DNA of 64,000 nucleotides from Macrostomum lignano (taxonomy: Eukaryota). The notes beneath the pieces were generated by a model. The model made no database searches. It was given only the letters and a program-made list of their open reading frames with translations, and was not told the DNA's origin. The stretch lies in contig NIVC01000102.1 in NCBI GenBank assembly GCA_002269645.1, forward strand, positions 887,950-951,949, read 5' to 3'. A program made the position numbers and the translations under genes. Shown here piece after piece: positions 19,221 to 32,548 of this stretch. Position 1 is the first letter of the stretch, and the number at the start of each line of letters is the position of its first letter.

Positions 19221-19532
19221 GCCGGACTCATTCGCTTGTGTGTTTGCGGTTTTTTCTAACTTGGTTTTGTTAAGCCACTGACAGACTGGCAAGCTAAAAT
19301 ATGCACTGCCTTCTGAGTCAGTACCTTGTAGATGTGCAGTTAAAAATAGAATTTCGCCTTTGGCTGCGCGACCTGTTGAGCACTCTGGGTTAGTTTCGTC
19401 CGGGCTGGGGTGGGTCTTCAAATGGTTGGTCAAAGCAGCTCAAAAAGGATAGAGGGTTGGGTGCGGACTTTGCAGAAGGCTTCAAGTAGAAAATATGCTC
19501 ATGCAACACCCACGCAAAATACATAACAGTGA

Positions 19533-19547
19533 GATAGATAGACAGAC

Positions 19548-19590
<43 letters not shown>

Positions 19591-19591
19591 C

Positions 19592-19678
<87 letters not shown>

Positions 19679-19683
19679 AAGAC

Positions 19684-19733
<50 letters not shown>

Positions 19734-19775
19734 GTACGTAGATACGTAGATACGTAGATAGGTAGGTAGGTAGAT
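19533..19775. repeat. (GATA)n microsatellite
   Basis: Read directly. Confidence 0.97.
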
Positions 19776-20083
19776 CTATTTGTGTATCTAATTATTCAAA
19801 TTCGTTTCTGCTTCAGAAATTAGAAGAAGAGACGCTCCCAATTCTCAGAACTGAGAAAGCTGCTCACTCAGACGGTAACTCAGCATTCGCAAAGATAAGA
19901 TTAGCCACCAGTTCTGCATGCTTTGCTTGCAGTCAACAGTGAACGGAGCCACAAACATTTTCAGGTTTAAACAGTGATAAGAAATGCCCATTTTAGTCAG
20001 GAAAGCAGAGAATTATTTTTTCCATTCTTCAGAAGAAGCAGAAAGGAGCGCACAGCAGTTACTGTCTGCGCCAGAATTCAGTC

Positions 20084-22540
20084 ATGGATTTCGCCCTGTT
20101 CGAAACGTTTCGCGGCTTCAACTCCCTGGCTGGGGACTCCAAGCTGGATGATGACTTCGTGGACCGGCTGAACCGGTACTGGACCTCGCTGATCATGGTG
20201 ATGTTCGCCATCATTCTCAGCGCCAAGCAGATCGTTGGCGAGCCTCTGAAATGCTGGACGCCGCAGGAGTTCAAGGACCCCTGGATTCAGTACGCCGAGG
20301 ACTACTGCTGGGTCAAGAACACCTACTTTGTGCCGAAAAGCGAGGAGCTGTCGCCTCACGCTGAGGTGCGCAAGACTCAGGAGATCGGCTACTACCAGTG
20401 GATTCCCTACGTGATGACTTTGCAAGCCTTTTGCTATTATTTCCCTGCCATGGTCTGGCGGATGTTCAACTGGAAATGCGGTGAGCGGCTGACTGACTGA
20501 CTGACTGACTGACTGACTGACTGACTGACTGACTGACTGACTGACTGACTGACTGACTGACTGACTGACTGACTGACTGACTGACTGACTGACTGACTGA
20601 CTGACTGACTGACTGACTGACTGACTGACTGACTGACTGACTGACTGACTGACTGACTGACTGACTGACTGACTGACTGACTGACTGACTGACTGACTGA
20701 CTGACTGACTGACTGACTGACTGACTGACTGACTGACTGACTGACTGACTGACTGACTGACTGACTGACTGACGGAAGTCACTGAGAGGAGAACAGTGGG
20801 GGAAGAGAACATGAGGATCTCTCCCAAATCGAAGCGATGCGTCAGTCCTACCCGGTCCCACTGCGCCCTCAGGCCTGGACCTGCCAACAATCGTGTCTCG
20901 AGCCGTCAATCGAGACAACCTGGACGGTGTTGGCTTCCAGCTGAGCTCCAACCTGCTCACCCGAATGGATTCAGAGCGAAACAGCTTCTTCTTTCAGCGC
21001 AGCTTCCTCACCTGCTTGTACCTCATCACCAAGCTGCTGTACTCGGTGAACTCCCTGGCTCAGTTCTTCATTCTGTCGTCATTTTTCGGTCGAGCAACTG
21101 ACTCGCTGTTCTCCGTGACCCGGGACCTGGCGCTAGGAGTGGAGTGGCATGAGTCCGGACATTTTCCCAGGATTACATTCTGCGACTTCTCAATTAGACG
21201 GCTGGGGAATATTAATAAGTGAGATGCTTTATCAGTTCTGATTTTGGTTATGTTTCTAGGTTACATTCCAGATATTTTATTTAGATCTCCGTAGACCATT
21301 GCATAAGAAATCAGGTTTCTATTCCAGATATTGGGTATAGATATCCATAAACCATAAACCATATCCATAAACCATTGCATAAGAAATCAGGTTTCTATTC
21401 CAGATATTGGGTTTAGATCTCCATAAACCATTGCATAAGAAATCAGGTTTCTATTCCAGATATTGGGTTTAGGTCTCCATAAACCATTGCATAAGAAATC
21501 AGATTTATATTCCAGATATTGGATTTAGATCTCCATAAACCATTGCATAAGAAATCAGGTTTCTATTCCAGATATTGGGTTTAGATCTCCATAAACCATT
21601 GCATAAGAAATCAGGTTTCTATTCCAGATATTGGGTATAGATCTCCATAAACCATTGCATAAGAAATCAGATTTCTATTCCAGATATTGGATTTAGATCT
21701 CCATAAACCATTGCATAAGAAATCAGGTTTCTATTCCAGATATTGAGTTTAGGTCTCCATAAACCATTGCATAAGAAATCAGGTTTCTATTCCAGATATT
21801 GGATTTAAATCTCCATGGACCTTTGCATTAGAAATCAGGTTTCTATTCCAGATATTGGGTTTAGATCTCCATAAACCATTGCATAAGAAATCAGGTTTCT
21901 ATTCCAAATATTGGGTATAGATCTCCATGGACCTTTGCAAAGAATCCGGTTCTACTCCAGATACTTTGTTATCGAACTCCATTACTAAAATAGAGATTAT
22001 ATATGTAGTTGCCATAATTTTTCCACACCAGACACCTACTAGATGGACTGCATTACAAAACCGCCCCCAACTCCCAAAAGCTACTCAATCCAGTGCGTCC
22101 TCGCTATCAACATATTCACGGAGAAAATTTTCGTATTCGCCGGCTTCTGGATGCTCTTAGTTGCCATAGTAACCGTGCTGCATTCGTTCGGTTGGTTGAC
22201 CGCACTTCTGTTGCCATGGCGACGTCGGGGGTTCGTTGCCCAGTTGAACAGCGACCCAGACGTAGACAGATTCGAGCTGGAAGACTTCACCGACAACTGC
22301 CTGGGCTCTGATGGCCTGCTGGTGTTCCAGCTGATCGCTGCGAATGCGGACGAGCGAACTGCCAGTCACCTGCTCGGCTGCGTCTGGCGGGAATTCGGAC
22401 TGCGCAGAACTCCGGACGATTCGGTTGACAACGATGCCGGTGACATCCCGCTGATGCCGTCTGTTGGCAGTGAAACACTTCAGCTGCCTTCGCGAGAGGC
22501 TGAGCCGAGTCAGCTGAAGACTGAGGCTGAGTATGCCTAG
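20084..22540 (+). CDS. inx: Innexin (gap-junction protein), ~400 aa, 3 exons
   Basis: Exons 20084-20480, 20873-21218 and 22081-22540 (GT-AG, phases 1 and 2). Hallmarks: DDDFVDRLN, LKCWTP, EDYCWV, YYQW, FPRITFCDF, IQCVLAINIFTEKIF. Confidence 0.95.
20488..20772. repeat. (GACT)n microsatellite filling innexin intron 1
   Basis: Read directly. Confidence 0.97.
21293..21960. repeat. 56-bp minisatellite in innexin intron 2
   Basis: Unit CTCCATAAACCATTGCATAAGAAATCAGGTTTCTATTCCAGATATTGGGTTTAGAT, period 56 (e.g. 21421 to 21477), no spacers. Confidence 0.95.
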
Positions 22541-22599
22541 CATATCTGATGATGGACTGCGGTGGCTGCTGACTTGGGTGGAGCTTTGGGGAGGTGGCT

Positions 22600-23357
22600 G
22601 GGTCAGATTAGGTCATATTGGTCATATTTAGTCATATTGGATCATATTGGGTCATATTGAGTCATATAGGGTCATATTGAGTCAGATTGGGTCATACTGA
22701 GTCAGTTTGGGTCAGATTGGTTTAAACTGGGTCAGATTGGGTCAAATTGGGTCATATTGGGTCATATTGGGTCAAATTGGGTCATATTGGGTCATATTGT
22801 GTCATTATGGGTCAGATTGGATCATTATGGGTCAGATTGGATCATTATGGGTCAGATTGGGTCAGATTGGGTCGGATTGGGTCAGATTGGGTCATACTGA
22901 GTCATATTGAGTCAGATTGGGTTAGATAGGGTCAGATTGGGTCAGATTGGGTCAGATTGGGTCAGATTGGGTCAGATTGGGTCAGATTGGGTCAGATGGG
23001 GTCACCTTGGCTCAGATTGGGTCAGATTGGATCAGATTGGGTCAACCTTGGCTCAGATTGGGTCAGATTGGGTCAGATTGGGTCAGATGGGGTCACCTTG
23101 GCTCAGATTGGGTCAGATTGGGTCAGATTGGGTCAGATGGGGTCACCTTGGCTCAGATTGGGTCAGATTGGGTCAGATTGGGTCAGATTGGGTCAGATGA
23201 GGTCAGCTTGGGTCATATTGGGTCAGATTAGGTCAGATTGGGTCAGATTTGGTCAGATTGGGTCAGATGAGGTCAGCTTGGGTCATATTGGGTCAGATTA
23301 GGTCAGATTAGGTCAGATTTGGTCAGATTGGGTCAGATTGGGTCATACTGGGTCACT
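22600..23357. repeat. 10-bp satellite (GGGTCAGATT)n
   Basis: Read directly. Confidence 0.95.
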
Positions 23358-24265
23358 GGGCGGCAAGTGAGGTGTTCAGTGGGTCATTTGGTTTCATAAG
23401 TAGGGACGGTCATTCTGTTGAATCGCAGTTGACTATCAGGGGTCATTTTCGACTGCCATTTGTAAAGTTTATGCTGTGAAGGTCAAATGAGAATAAAAAT
23501 TGATTTTTATTGCTCAACGCTTCGAATACGAGTAATACAGTACTACTGAATACAACTTGGCTAATAATTTGAGTGTAATGTAAAACATTAACAAATAAAA
23601 TCATATTTAAATACATGTAGCATTCAATATTTGTTTGAAACAAGCTATCATAAACAGGAAGTTTTTTGTTAAACTGTTTAATTGCTGTTTATCAAAAAAC
23701 TGTTTTCACTTGGTAATTTTCAAACAATTACTGTAGCGATATTTGTTTTACTGTTTTTTTCGTGTCAAGTATACGAAATTCAAAGACAAACCGTTATTAA
23801 ACAATCAGAGCAGTTTTGCGCTCTTGAAAAAATGATTAATAAATAAACAGTCTGCTAATTCAACGGTTAATTTATAGAGAAATTATCTGAGCTATCGTAT
23901 ATATTTTTTGTTAAAATGAAGTTTTAAAATATCAAGATATAAATATTTAAAATCAGCTTTCTTCAAACTTTCAGTGCTATTGAAAATTTAACCAAGTTTA
24001 AACGAATTAAAGAGTTTTAAAATACAGCTCATTAGCAAATTGTGTGCAGGTTTCATTAAGAGGTCACACCGATTTATTAATGAAAATAATAAATAAAAAA
24101 ATAAATAAGCCACTATAATATAATAAACGTTGGACCCAAAATGAGCTTTGACGGCAATTCTGCGCATTCCTCTGAATCCTGAGCGCATACCAGCTTGTAC
24201 ACTCGCTGGGCCTTGTGGGGTCCATGTCCATGGAAGCCACCCGCCCTTCTCAGCACAGTCAGCCA

Positions 24266-26079
24266 TCAGCTGAGCGACACGACATTGGCTGGCATCGGCT
24301 TGCCCGGCGGCTCCCGCTTCTTGACATTGCCCTCCCGCTTGGTGGCTTTCCGGTGGCTGTGCGGGATGACGCTGGGAGTCTGGCCAGACCGGCCCCGGCT
24401 GTTGCTGCTGGATGCCGACTGGATTTCCGGCAGCACCGAGTAGCGCTTCATCTCGCCGGCGCTGGATGCCGAACCAGAGTCCGGTGGTGGAGCGACTTCG
24501 TCCCAGGCCCGGGTGACGGCCGCCGAGCGTTGCGGCGGCTGCGGAGGCGGCGACAGGGCAGCGGCTGGCGATTCGGCAGGTCTTGTCGTCAGGCTGGCGA
24601 TCCGACGGTCGCGTTCGGCCAGTTGACGCCGAAGTGACTCAACAGCTGCCACCAGCTCGTCGGTTGCATCTGACGTCGTCGGCTGAACGCTGCCACCCTC
24701 GAGCACCTTCAGCAGGAGGCGGTGCCGAGCGGTCAGCATGGCGTTCTCCTCGGCTTGACCTGCCACAAGCCGGGACAGCTCCTCAGCCAGAGGCTGCTGC
24801 GGGTCGAAGTCGCCGCTGCCACCATCTGTGGAACTCGCCAACCTCTCTGCCAGCTGCACCACCTGGCGCCGCTCCTCAAGCAGAGCGCGACAGGTCGCCA
24901 GGAATCGTCCAGCGAACTCCGATTGAAACGACGCTAATCGATGACTGTCGTCCAGCTCCTGACGAAGGTTCTCAACGAAGCCGCCTTCTGTAGCGTCGCC
25001 ATCGGTTAAAATCGACGGCACCTGGTCGGCGGCTTCGGCTTGGAACTGTCGAGCTTCCGCTAGCACAAAATCAAAGGCGGCGCTGTAGGCTTCCAGACGG
25101 GCCGTCGCTCGCTGGGCCTGGCTCTCGCTGGCTGCCTGGTGACGCCGAGACACTTCTAGCTGACTGCGGAGCTCGCTGACATCATCCGCGGCTCCTGCCG
25201 CTGCGGCCAGTGTTGAGAGGCGCGACTCCAGCTGGGCGATGGTCTGGTCTCGCTCGGTAACGGCAGCTTGAGCTTGGGTCAGCTGCATCAGTTCAGAGTT
25301 GGGAGTTGGGTGTAGTTTGGTGTCTGTGAGAGCAATGACTGTACATGCAGCAGTGATCAGTGACTGTACATGCAGCAGTGATGTGACTAGTACATGCAGC
25401 AGTGATCAGTGACTGTACATGCAGCAGTGATCAGTGACTGTACATGCAGCAGTGATCAGTGACTGTACATGCAACAGTGATCAGTGACTGTACATGCAGC
25501 AGTGATCAGTGACTGTACATGCAGCAGTGATCAGTGACTGTACATGCAGCAGTGATCAGTGACTGTACATGCAGCAGTGATCAGTGACTGTACATGCAGC
25601 AGTGATCAGTGACTGTACAATGTACATGAAGCAGTGATCAGTGACTAAATGAAGCAGTGATCAGTGACTGTACTTGCAGCAGCAGTAATCAGTGACTGTA
25701 CATGCAGCAGTGATCAGTGACTGTACATGTGAATCGAACTCACCTCAGCTTGCAGCTCAGCCATAGCAGCGGTCTTCTCTCGCACATCTCTAGCAGCTCG
25801 CCAGGACTCCTCAGCGTGCTGACGCCGCAGGCTCATGACGTCAGCACCAGCTGGGTCAAACAGGGACTCCCGGCACCAGGTCAGCAGCCGCCTCTCTGAC
25901 AGGAACTCGGCGAGATCCGACTGAGCTTCGGGCGAGTCTACGAGACGATCGGCGACAGACTGAGGCAGGCGGTTGGATGTACCGAATAGCAGCGAGTTCG
26001 TGTGCTCGGCTGCGCTGGGGTCCTTGGAGTCCCAGGACGTCACTGCATGTGGCACAGGGGGTGGCGCCGTTAAAGGCTT
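24266..26079 (-). CDS. Uncharacterised coiled-coil protein, last two exons (upstream exons probably ~26170-27060)
   Basis: Exons 26079-25744 (112 codons) and 25282-24266 (339 codons with stop) join in phase 0 with GTGAGT/CAG sites. Heptad-rich E/Q/R/L/A composition. No family recognised. Confidence 0.7.
25333..25730. repeat. 25-bp intronic minisatellite (GTGACTGTACATGCAGCAGTGATCA)
   Basis: About 15 copies. Confidence 0.95.
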
Positions 26080-26277
26080 CTTTAAAATCATGCCAGGTCG
26101 AGAAAGAAAAACATGCAAAAAGGAGAGGAGAGGAGAGAAAGAAATATGAGAACTTCTCTTCTGCTCTGCTTCCCGTCTCTTCACTGCTGCTGCTGCTTTC
26201 ATGGACCGCTGGATTAGCCATCCGGACTGGGATAAACTGTCGCCTCAGTGGCACCATAGGAAGTTCAAGACTCATCT

Positions 26278-26660
26278 TTCACAAGAACAGAGATTCACAA
26301 GACCAACAATTTACAAGAACAAACATTCACAAGAACAGAGATTCACAAGAAGAGAGATTCACAACAACAGAGATTCACAAGAACAGAGATTCACAAGAAC
26401 AGAGATTCACAAGAACAGAGATTCACAAGAACAGAGATTCACAAGAACAGAGATTCACAAGAACAGATATTCACAATAGATTCACAAGACCAGAAACTCA
26501 CAAGACTCGAAATTCACAATACTCGAAATTCAAAAGACCAGAGATTCACAAGACCAGACATTCACAAGATCAGACATTCACAAGACCAGACATTCACAAG
26601 ATCAGACATTCACAAGATCAGACATTCACAAGACTAGAAATTTACAAGCTTCAAAATTCA
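26278..26660. repeat. 16-bp tandem repeat (AGAGATTCACAAGAAC)
   Basis: Read directly. Confidence 0.9.
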
Positions 26661-26964
26661 AAAGACTCGAAATTCAAAAGACAAGAGCCGAAGGCTTTAA
26701 AGGGCTTCAACCTCCGTTCCAGTCCAGGTGTCTCGTAGGGGGAAGTCCCTGACACTGAGCAAACACTATTTTTCTATATAGAACAAAAGCTGCTCAAGTT
26801 CTTGATAAAAGCTCCCGTGCCCAAGCACTGCATGCGCAGGCACAGGGACCAAAAGCAGATTGAAGTGTCCGCAATAACCTGTCTGCAGCAGCAGCTCCGC
26901 CATCAGGGGATGGCCGGCAATTCTCAGGCAGTGGGCCAGCTGGTGAAGTCGATCCGGTTCCAAC

Positions 26965-26978
26965 GTTGCCATGGAGAC
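26965..26978. promoter_or_regulatory. Candidate RFX X-box (GTTGCCATGGAGAC)
   Basis: Matches the X-box consensus (GTCTCCATGGCAAC on the minus strand). It lies ~0.9 kb 5' of the first confidently placed exon of the coiled-coil gene. Confidence 0.35.
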
Positions 26979-27109
26979 AAACAGATTCGGATCGGATTGC
27001 CGACGGGTTAGAGGGGCTGCTGCGACTCTCTGAAGGAATTGCAGAGCGACGTTTGATCAGCTTGAATGGACTTGATTGGTTGGGTTTGGTAGGCTGCTGG
27101 CAAATATAG

Positions 27110-27183
27110 TGTGTTTCTGTGTTTGCATGTCTGTGTGTCTGCATGTCTGTATCAGTGTATCTGTCTGCCTGCATGCCTCTGCA

Positions 27184-27222
<39 letters not shown>

Positions 27223-27430
27223 GTGTCTGTCTGCCTGCATGTCTCTGCATGTCTGTCTGTCTGTCTGTCTGTCTGTGTGTGTGTCTGTTTGTCTGTGTCT
27301 GTTGTCAGTGTCTGTGTGTGTGTGTCTGCATGTCTGTCTTCTTGTCTGCATGTTAGTGTTAGTGTTGATCTGTATGTGTATCGGTATGTCTGTGCCAATA
27401 TTTCTGTATGTCTGTGTCTGCAGGTTTGTA
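27110..27430. repeat. (GTCT)n/(GT)n mixed microsatellite
   Basis: Read directly. Confidence 0.9.
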
Positions 27431-29629
27431 TCGGTTTAATTGATATGTCTATCTGTCTGTATATCTGCGTCTGTACATGCATATGTATGTCCTTGTGATT
27501 GTGCCAAAATATCTGCATAAAATTAATCATGTGCTGTATTCTATTTTTCAGTATTTTTACGCACATGTACATGTATCTATGCACTAGCTCCGACAAACTT
27601 ACAGAAGACTTAGGGGTTAAGCATCGCAATTCCATTCCAAGTCCTAAATCAATCTCTCTCCATCTCTCTTCCTGTCTGTCTCTGTGCTGTATATATATAT
27701 ATATATGTTGTCGCATCAGTACATGATCTGAAATCCCACAAAACCAAAAGAATAGTGCTAATTTCGCCTCATGCTTGCCTTTAAAGCATGGCTCACTATA
27801 AAGTCACAGAGGTCCTACTAAGGTGTTTAATTAGTCTAGTGTTAGCTGCTTTACGTTCTCCGGGGTCTCCGGGGTTCCGGGGGTCTCCCCCCGGAAGTCA
27901 CAAGCTAGGTTGAAACATCCTGCCGAAAAAACTAAGGTTTGCTTTGAGATACGAGCTATCCGGATTGTGATGTCCGGGTCAAAGAACAATAATGTACTAA
28001 AATGATTTTTTGGAACAAAAAGGCTAAGTGAAAGTGTTTCAAGGATGTAAAATTACTGAGTTAGGAAAGTTTTAAATGTTTCCTAATACTATATAATTTG
28101 GTGAATGAAAGGCCCTGGTTATTGGTCATTGTTCTTTGTTGGTCACTCCCCTTTCGACCCCCAAAAACTTTTATATACCTAATTTTCAATAGACCCCCAT
28201 GCCTCTATCGAAGTTTAGGTACATGAATAAAAATCGATCCCCCATGAAGAATCTCCACACCCTAAAACCTCCCGTTACTTTTCGTTGTAAAATCGCGCGG
28301 TAAAGAGGCCAATGGTGCTCTACATTCCCATTTAACATGACTCGACATGCAGTGTTTTGATCTTTTCCCTGACTTCATCCTCCGTAAAGAGCAACACGCC
28401 GCTGCTGTTCCTTTTCTTGCGGTTTCTCACTTGTGACAGTGTAATTCGTAGAATCATCTGATCGTATTTCCTTATCTCGCATGCATACCCTACCACTTGT
28501 ATTCTTTAATTTATTTTAACAATATTCTATACGCATTATTATTGCGCTAATGTTACAGTTAATTGCGTTGTTTTTGTAGCCTCGTATGTATTTATTCTAT
28601 TATTTGTATTTCATTCATATCGTTTTATTTCTCGTAAAGTAGTTCTACCTATGTACATGTACTGGCGTATGTTATTCTTACACGATATAATTTATCGATT
28701 AATTTGTACATCTACATTGCGCGCCGCGTGGGGGGTTTGTCTGGGTTTTGGATTAGGGGTGTTGTTGTTTGTTATCTGTTTACCTACCAATTAAATATAC
28801 GCTTGCAGTCTCTCTCTTCTCTTCTGGGTTTTCGCTCCGCTTCTCGCGGGCCCTTAGCCGTCGCATTCAATTGCTTTTGTCGCACTAAAATTAAGCAGCT
28901 ACCAATCCAAACCTAACCTTCAATTCAATATACCAAATCTGCAATTTACGCTAAGGGAAGTCGGCTGCTAGCTCTAGATAATCAAACTTAACCGCTACAC
29001 AAACCGTACGTCTTCCCGCCTTTATTCGTCACAAAAGACTTTACTTTTCTCTCCAATTTTGCGCTTCAAATTGTCCCTAACTTTGGCCGGCAAGTCTCCG
29101 GGAATTTCGACGTACTCCTTCAATACGAGCTCGCAAAAGAACACTTGGTTTAGACTCGCCTTTGCCATGTCTGTCTCCATTTGAAACTGCAAGTACCTCA
29201 GTCACACTTGCAGCCTTCTAAATTCTTAATAATTTAGCTTCTAAATAGCTATTAAAATACACTGAGCATCTAGAGCTCACCTCTGCTAGGTACAGATGTA
29301 TACTCAGCAACAGTCAAAAGTTCCACCCTCCAAATTGCGAAAACTTCACACTCACAATTCAACCCTCAAGTTACGCAACTATAAAGCCGCCGCGAGGAAG
29401 GGAAAGTTGATTGAATATCATTACTCGTAGTAAACGTCAGTCGCACAAAATCATAAATTTTGTATGCAATATTCAGTTAGAATTGCGATGTGTGTAGGAC
29501 CCCCTCGCACGCAGAAGTGCGGCGACTCTGCGGGGCATCCCAAGGATGAGGCGGCGCAGAAAGTCCTGGGGAAGCTGCTCCGAAGCATGTTCACGTTTCA
29601 ATAGCATGACGCAGAGCTCTCCGCAAAAT

Positions 29630-29810
29630 ACATGGTGGATTCTATTTTCGAATGTTGCGTTTTAGGAAGTCCCCAGACATGCTCGATGGGATTCTTGTCT
29701 GGGGACCGGGAAGGCCAGCGCAGAGTGCGCAGCTGTAGCTGTTCTTTCGGTTGACTGACAGCATCGGCTTGGTGTGGCGGCGCGTTGTCCTCCTGGACCA
29801 TTAAGCAGAC
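29630..29810 (-). pseudogene. Tc1/mariner transposase fragment
   Basis: VQEDNAPPH...LRWPSRSPDKNPIEHVWG matches the DNAPxH and WPxxSPDLNPIExxW motifs of Tc1 DD34E transposases. Confidence 0.8.
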
Positions 29811-31014
29811 CCAAGCCACCCCCAAGTGGCAATAAGCTTTGCGCGTGCCGTAAGTTGCGTCACTCGCAATATCTCGCTTAGTGGGGTGGAACTTTTGACT
29901 GTTGCTGAGTATATTAGCTGTTTGCATATAAAGGCTGTGTGAGTTCCTGCACATGCAACCAATAATTATTTGGCAGAGTTTTAGCCCCGAGGTTGTACAC
30001 CGCTCACGTACATCTTTACCCCCAGAGATCTCAAATTCCTTTGTTATGCTTTGCGTTGTCCGGGACTCGAGATTGCAAAGCAGAGTCACATTTGTCTTGC
30101 GATCTCCGGCCGGAGACTGCAAACGCACGGAGATTGCTAAGCCTAACACTGGTATAGATAAAACCCGCAACTCACCGATTTCACTCCATTCTGCTGCGAT
30201 ATCAACTGAGATTCCTCCAACTGCTCAAGCAGCTGATCTGTCACTGGTACATTCTTTGACAGAATGGTCAAACATTTCTCAAGCCTCTGTCGACCCTCGT
30301 CTGAAGGCGGTTCGTCCATGCCCAGGTGTATCTACGCTGAGACAGCTCTCTATAGACTAAAGCATTCGAAATAGCCAAAGCAGTTTAAATGAGCGATTAA
30401 ATATACTGTACAGTGTTGCCCCTTATTCTTCATATAGCTACCCCCGTGTCAGAGCAGGGTCTGTTCTTATCTGCTGAGGTAAGAGAAGCTAGATTCACGC
30501 CTGACCCCTCTGCCCCTGGGTCAGTCCCCACCTCAGGTCTGCAATTAACAGGCCGCAGCAGACAACAGACTAAAAAAACCTGAACAATCGTTACATTTAA
30601 CAAGCCGCGCACTTTGAGAACACTCGGTCTAACTCAATTTCTATGTCTATTTCCATTGTAGACAAAGAAATTTTTATTTCTGTTTTCTCTTCAAAAAAAT
30701 TCATCTCGGTTGAAATGATTCCACTTTTACTTAAGTCTGTCTTGGCTTATGGTATAACAGCGGCATTTATATATAGCTCGTAATTCTTTTTTGTAGCTCT
30801 GTAAGGGCGGGTCTAGTGTCTGTTCTTCATCATCAGAGAGAGGTTCTGGTCCATACTTTAGCAGTCTATATAAACATTTTTGAGCTTTAGGAGTTGCATT
30901 GAAGCTGCGACCTGCATCAAAATGCAATTACCTCTCACTTGAGAAGAAATTACTTTAACCCTTACGAGCTACATGTATATGATTAATCTTCATGATTGCC
31001 CTCTCCGAAATGCT

Positions 31015-31300
31015 CTCTCTCCCTAATGGCCTCTCCCTAATTCCCTCTCCTAATGCCCTCTTCTAATGCCCCCTCCCTAATGGCCTCTCCCTAATGGCCT
31101 CTCCCTAATGGCCTCTCCCTAATGGCCTCTCCCTAATGGCCTCTCCCTAATGGCCTCTCCCTAATTCCCTCTCCCTAATGGCCTCTCCCTAATTCCCTCT
31201 CCCTAATGGCCTCACCCTATTGCCCTCTCCCTAATGGTCTCTTTTAATGCCCTCTTCTAATGCCCTCTTCTTAATGCCCCCTCCCTAATGCCTCTCCCTA
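31015..31300. repeat. 15-bp tandem repeat (CTCTCCCTAATGGCC)
   Basis: Read directly. Confidence 0.9.
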
Positions 31301-32079
31301 ATATACCACACTCCTTAAACTCCCAATACCTAATCTCCCACTATCTAAATAATCAGTCAGTTTTTTTAGAAAAATTTCTATAATCACAAATACGAGCCAT
31401 CTATTAAAAACACCTTCATTTGTCTAGTGGCTACTAAAAGTAGACTGTAAGCGAATCCAAAAAATTAAAAAATTAACAAATAACAAATTCACAAACAAAT
31501 CATTGAATCTTTCTTCTCTGCTAAAATTCAGTAAAAAACAAAAATCAAAAGTCATATATACATATTTTTATATATTTTTATTCATTTTAAAAAAAATGTG
31601 TGCTCCCGTGTTTTCAAGTTTGTAAAACAATGCGACAAACCAGCTGAATATATGCAAAGAAAGCGATAGGACTCATGATAATACAGCAGAAGACAAACAA
31701 ACGATAAAACGTGTTTAACACAGACAAATTTTAAACAAATAAATATTTACAACTTCTTAAATCTATTAGCTGCTGCAGAGAAGTGCACTCGTTAAATAAA
31801 AAATTAACTTAATTTATAACGATAAACATTTCAAATGAAACGTTGATTCTGAAACATTAAAAAACATTTGATTGACTTTATTTTTCAAAAGTAAGACAAT
31901 AAAAAGTTTTGTACAAAAAAGCAGTGCCAAGATTGCTGCTAATCATCTGTTCTGCTAATTGCTTAAAAATTTAACAAGCTTCATCAATAAATTGTTAAAT
32001 CTTTGAGAGATTTTTAAAATTAGTATTATGAAAATAAATGAAATACACGATATATTAAAGACGAGAAAGTGCAGAAAAT

Positions 32080-32345
32080 GGGAAGTAGATAAGGGTGGGA
32101 AGAGAAGTAGATAAGGGTGAGAAGAGAAGTAGATAAGGGTGAGAAGAGAAGTAGATAAGGAAGAGAAGTAGATAAGGGAGATGAGAGGTAGATAAGGAAG
32201 AGAAGAGAAGTAGATAAGGAAGAGAAGTAGATAAGGGAGATGAGAAGTAGATAAGGAAGAGAAAAAAGTCGATAAGGGAGATAAAAAAATGATAAGGGTG
32301 AGAGGAAAAGTATTGTAGATAAGGGAGGGGAGAGAAGTAGACAAG
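32080..32345. repeat. Purine-rich ~18-20-bp repeat (GAGAAGTAGATAAGG..)
   Basis: Read directly. Confidence 0.85.
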
Positions 32346-32548
32346 AGAGCTAAAACATTATATTGAATGAGAGACGAGACAGTACATGAGACGAGTGGCT
32401 GAGACAGCTGATCCATAGCAAAATAAATCACAGAAATGCCAGACCTATTACAAGAAAATTGCCCAAAAAGAAATTCGATCAAAAAAGAGATTAAAAGCAG
32501 AGCTGCAGAATCACGCGATAACAGCATCCCACATGGTAAAAGCCTGCA

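Noticed and set aside
20078-20960. 270-aa and 164-aa minus-strand ORFs
   Set aside because: Antisense to innexin exon 1 plus the (GACT)n microsatellite.
21293-21960. CRISPR-like regular repeats (also 58701-59018 and 15383-16146)
   Set aside because: Units are contiguous with no unique spacers, there are no cas genes, and the context is eukaryotic and intronic.
30727-30927. 66-aa ORF MHFDAGRSF...
   Set aside because: No recognisable family, splice context or homolog in the window.
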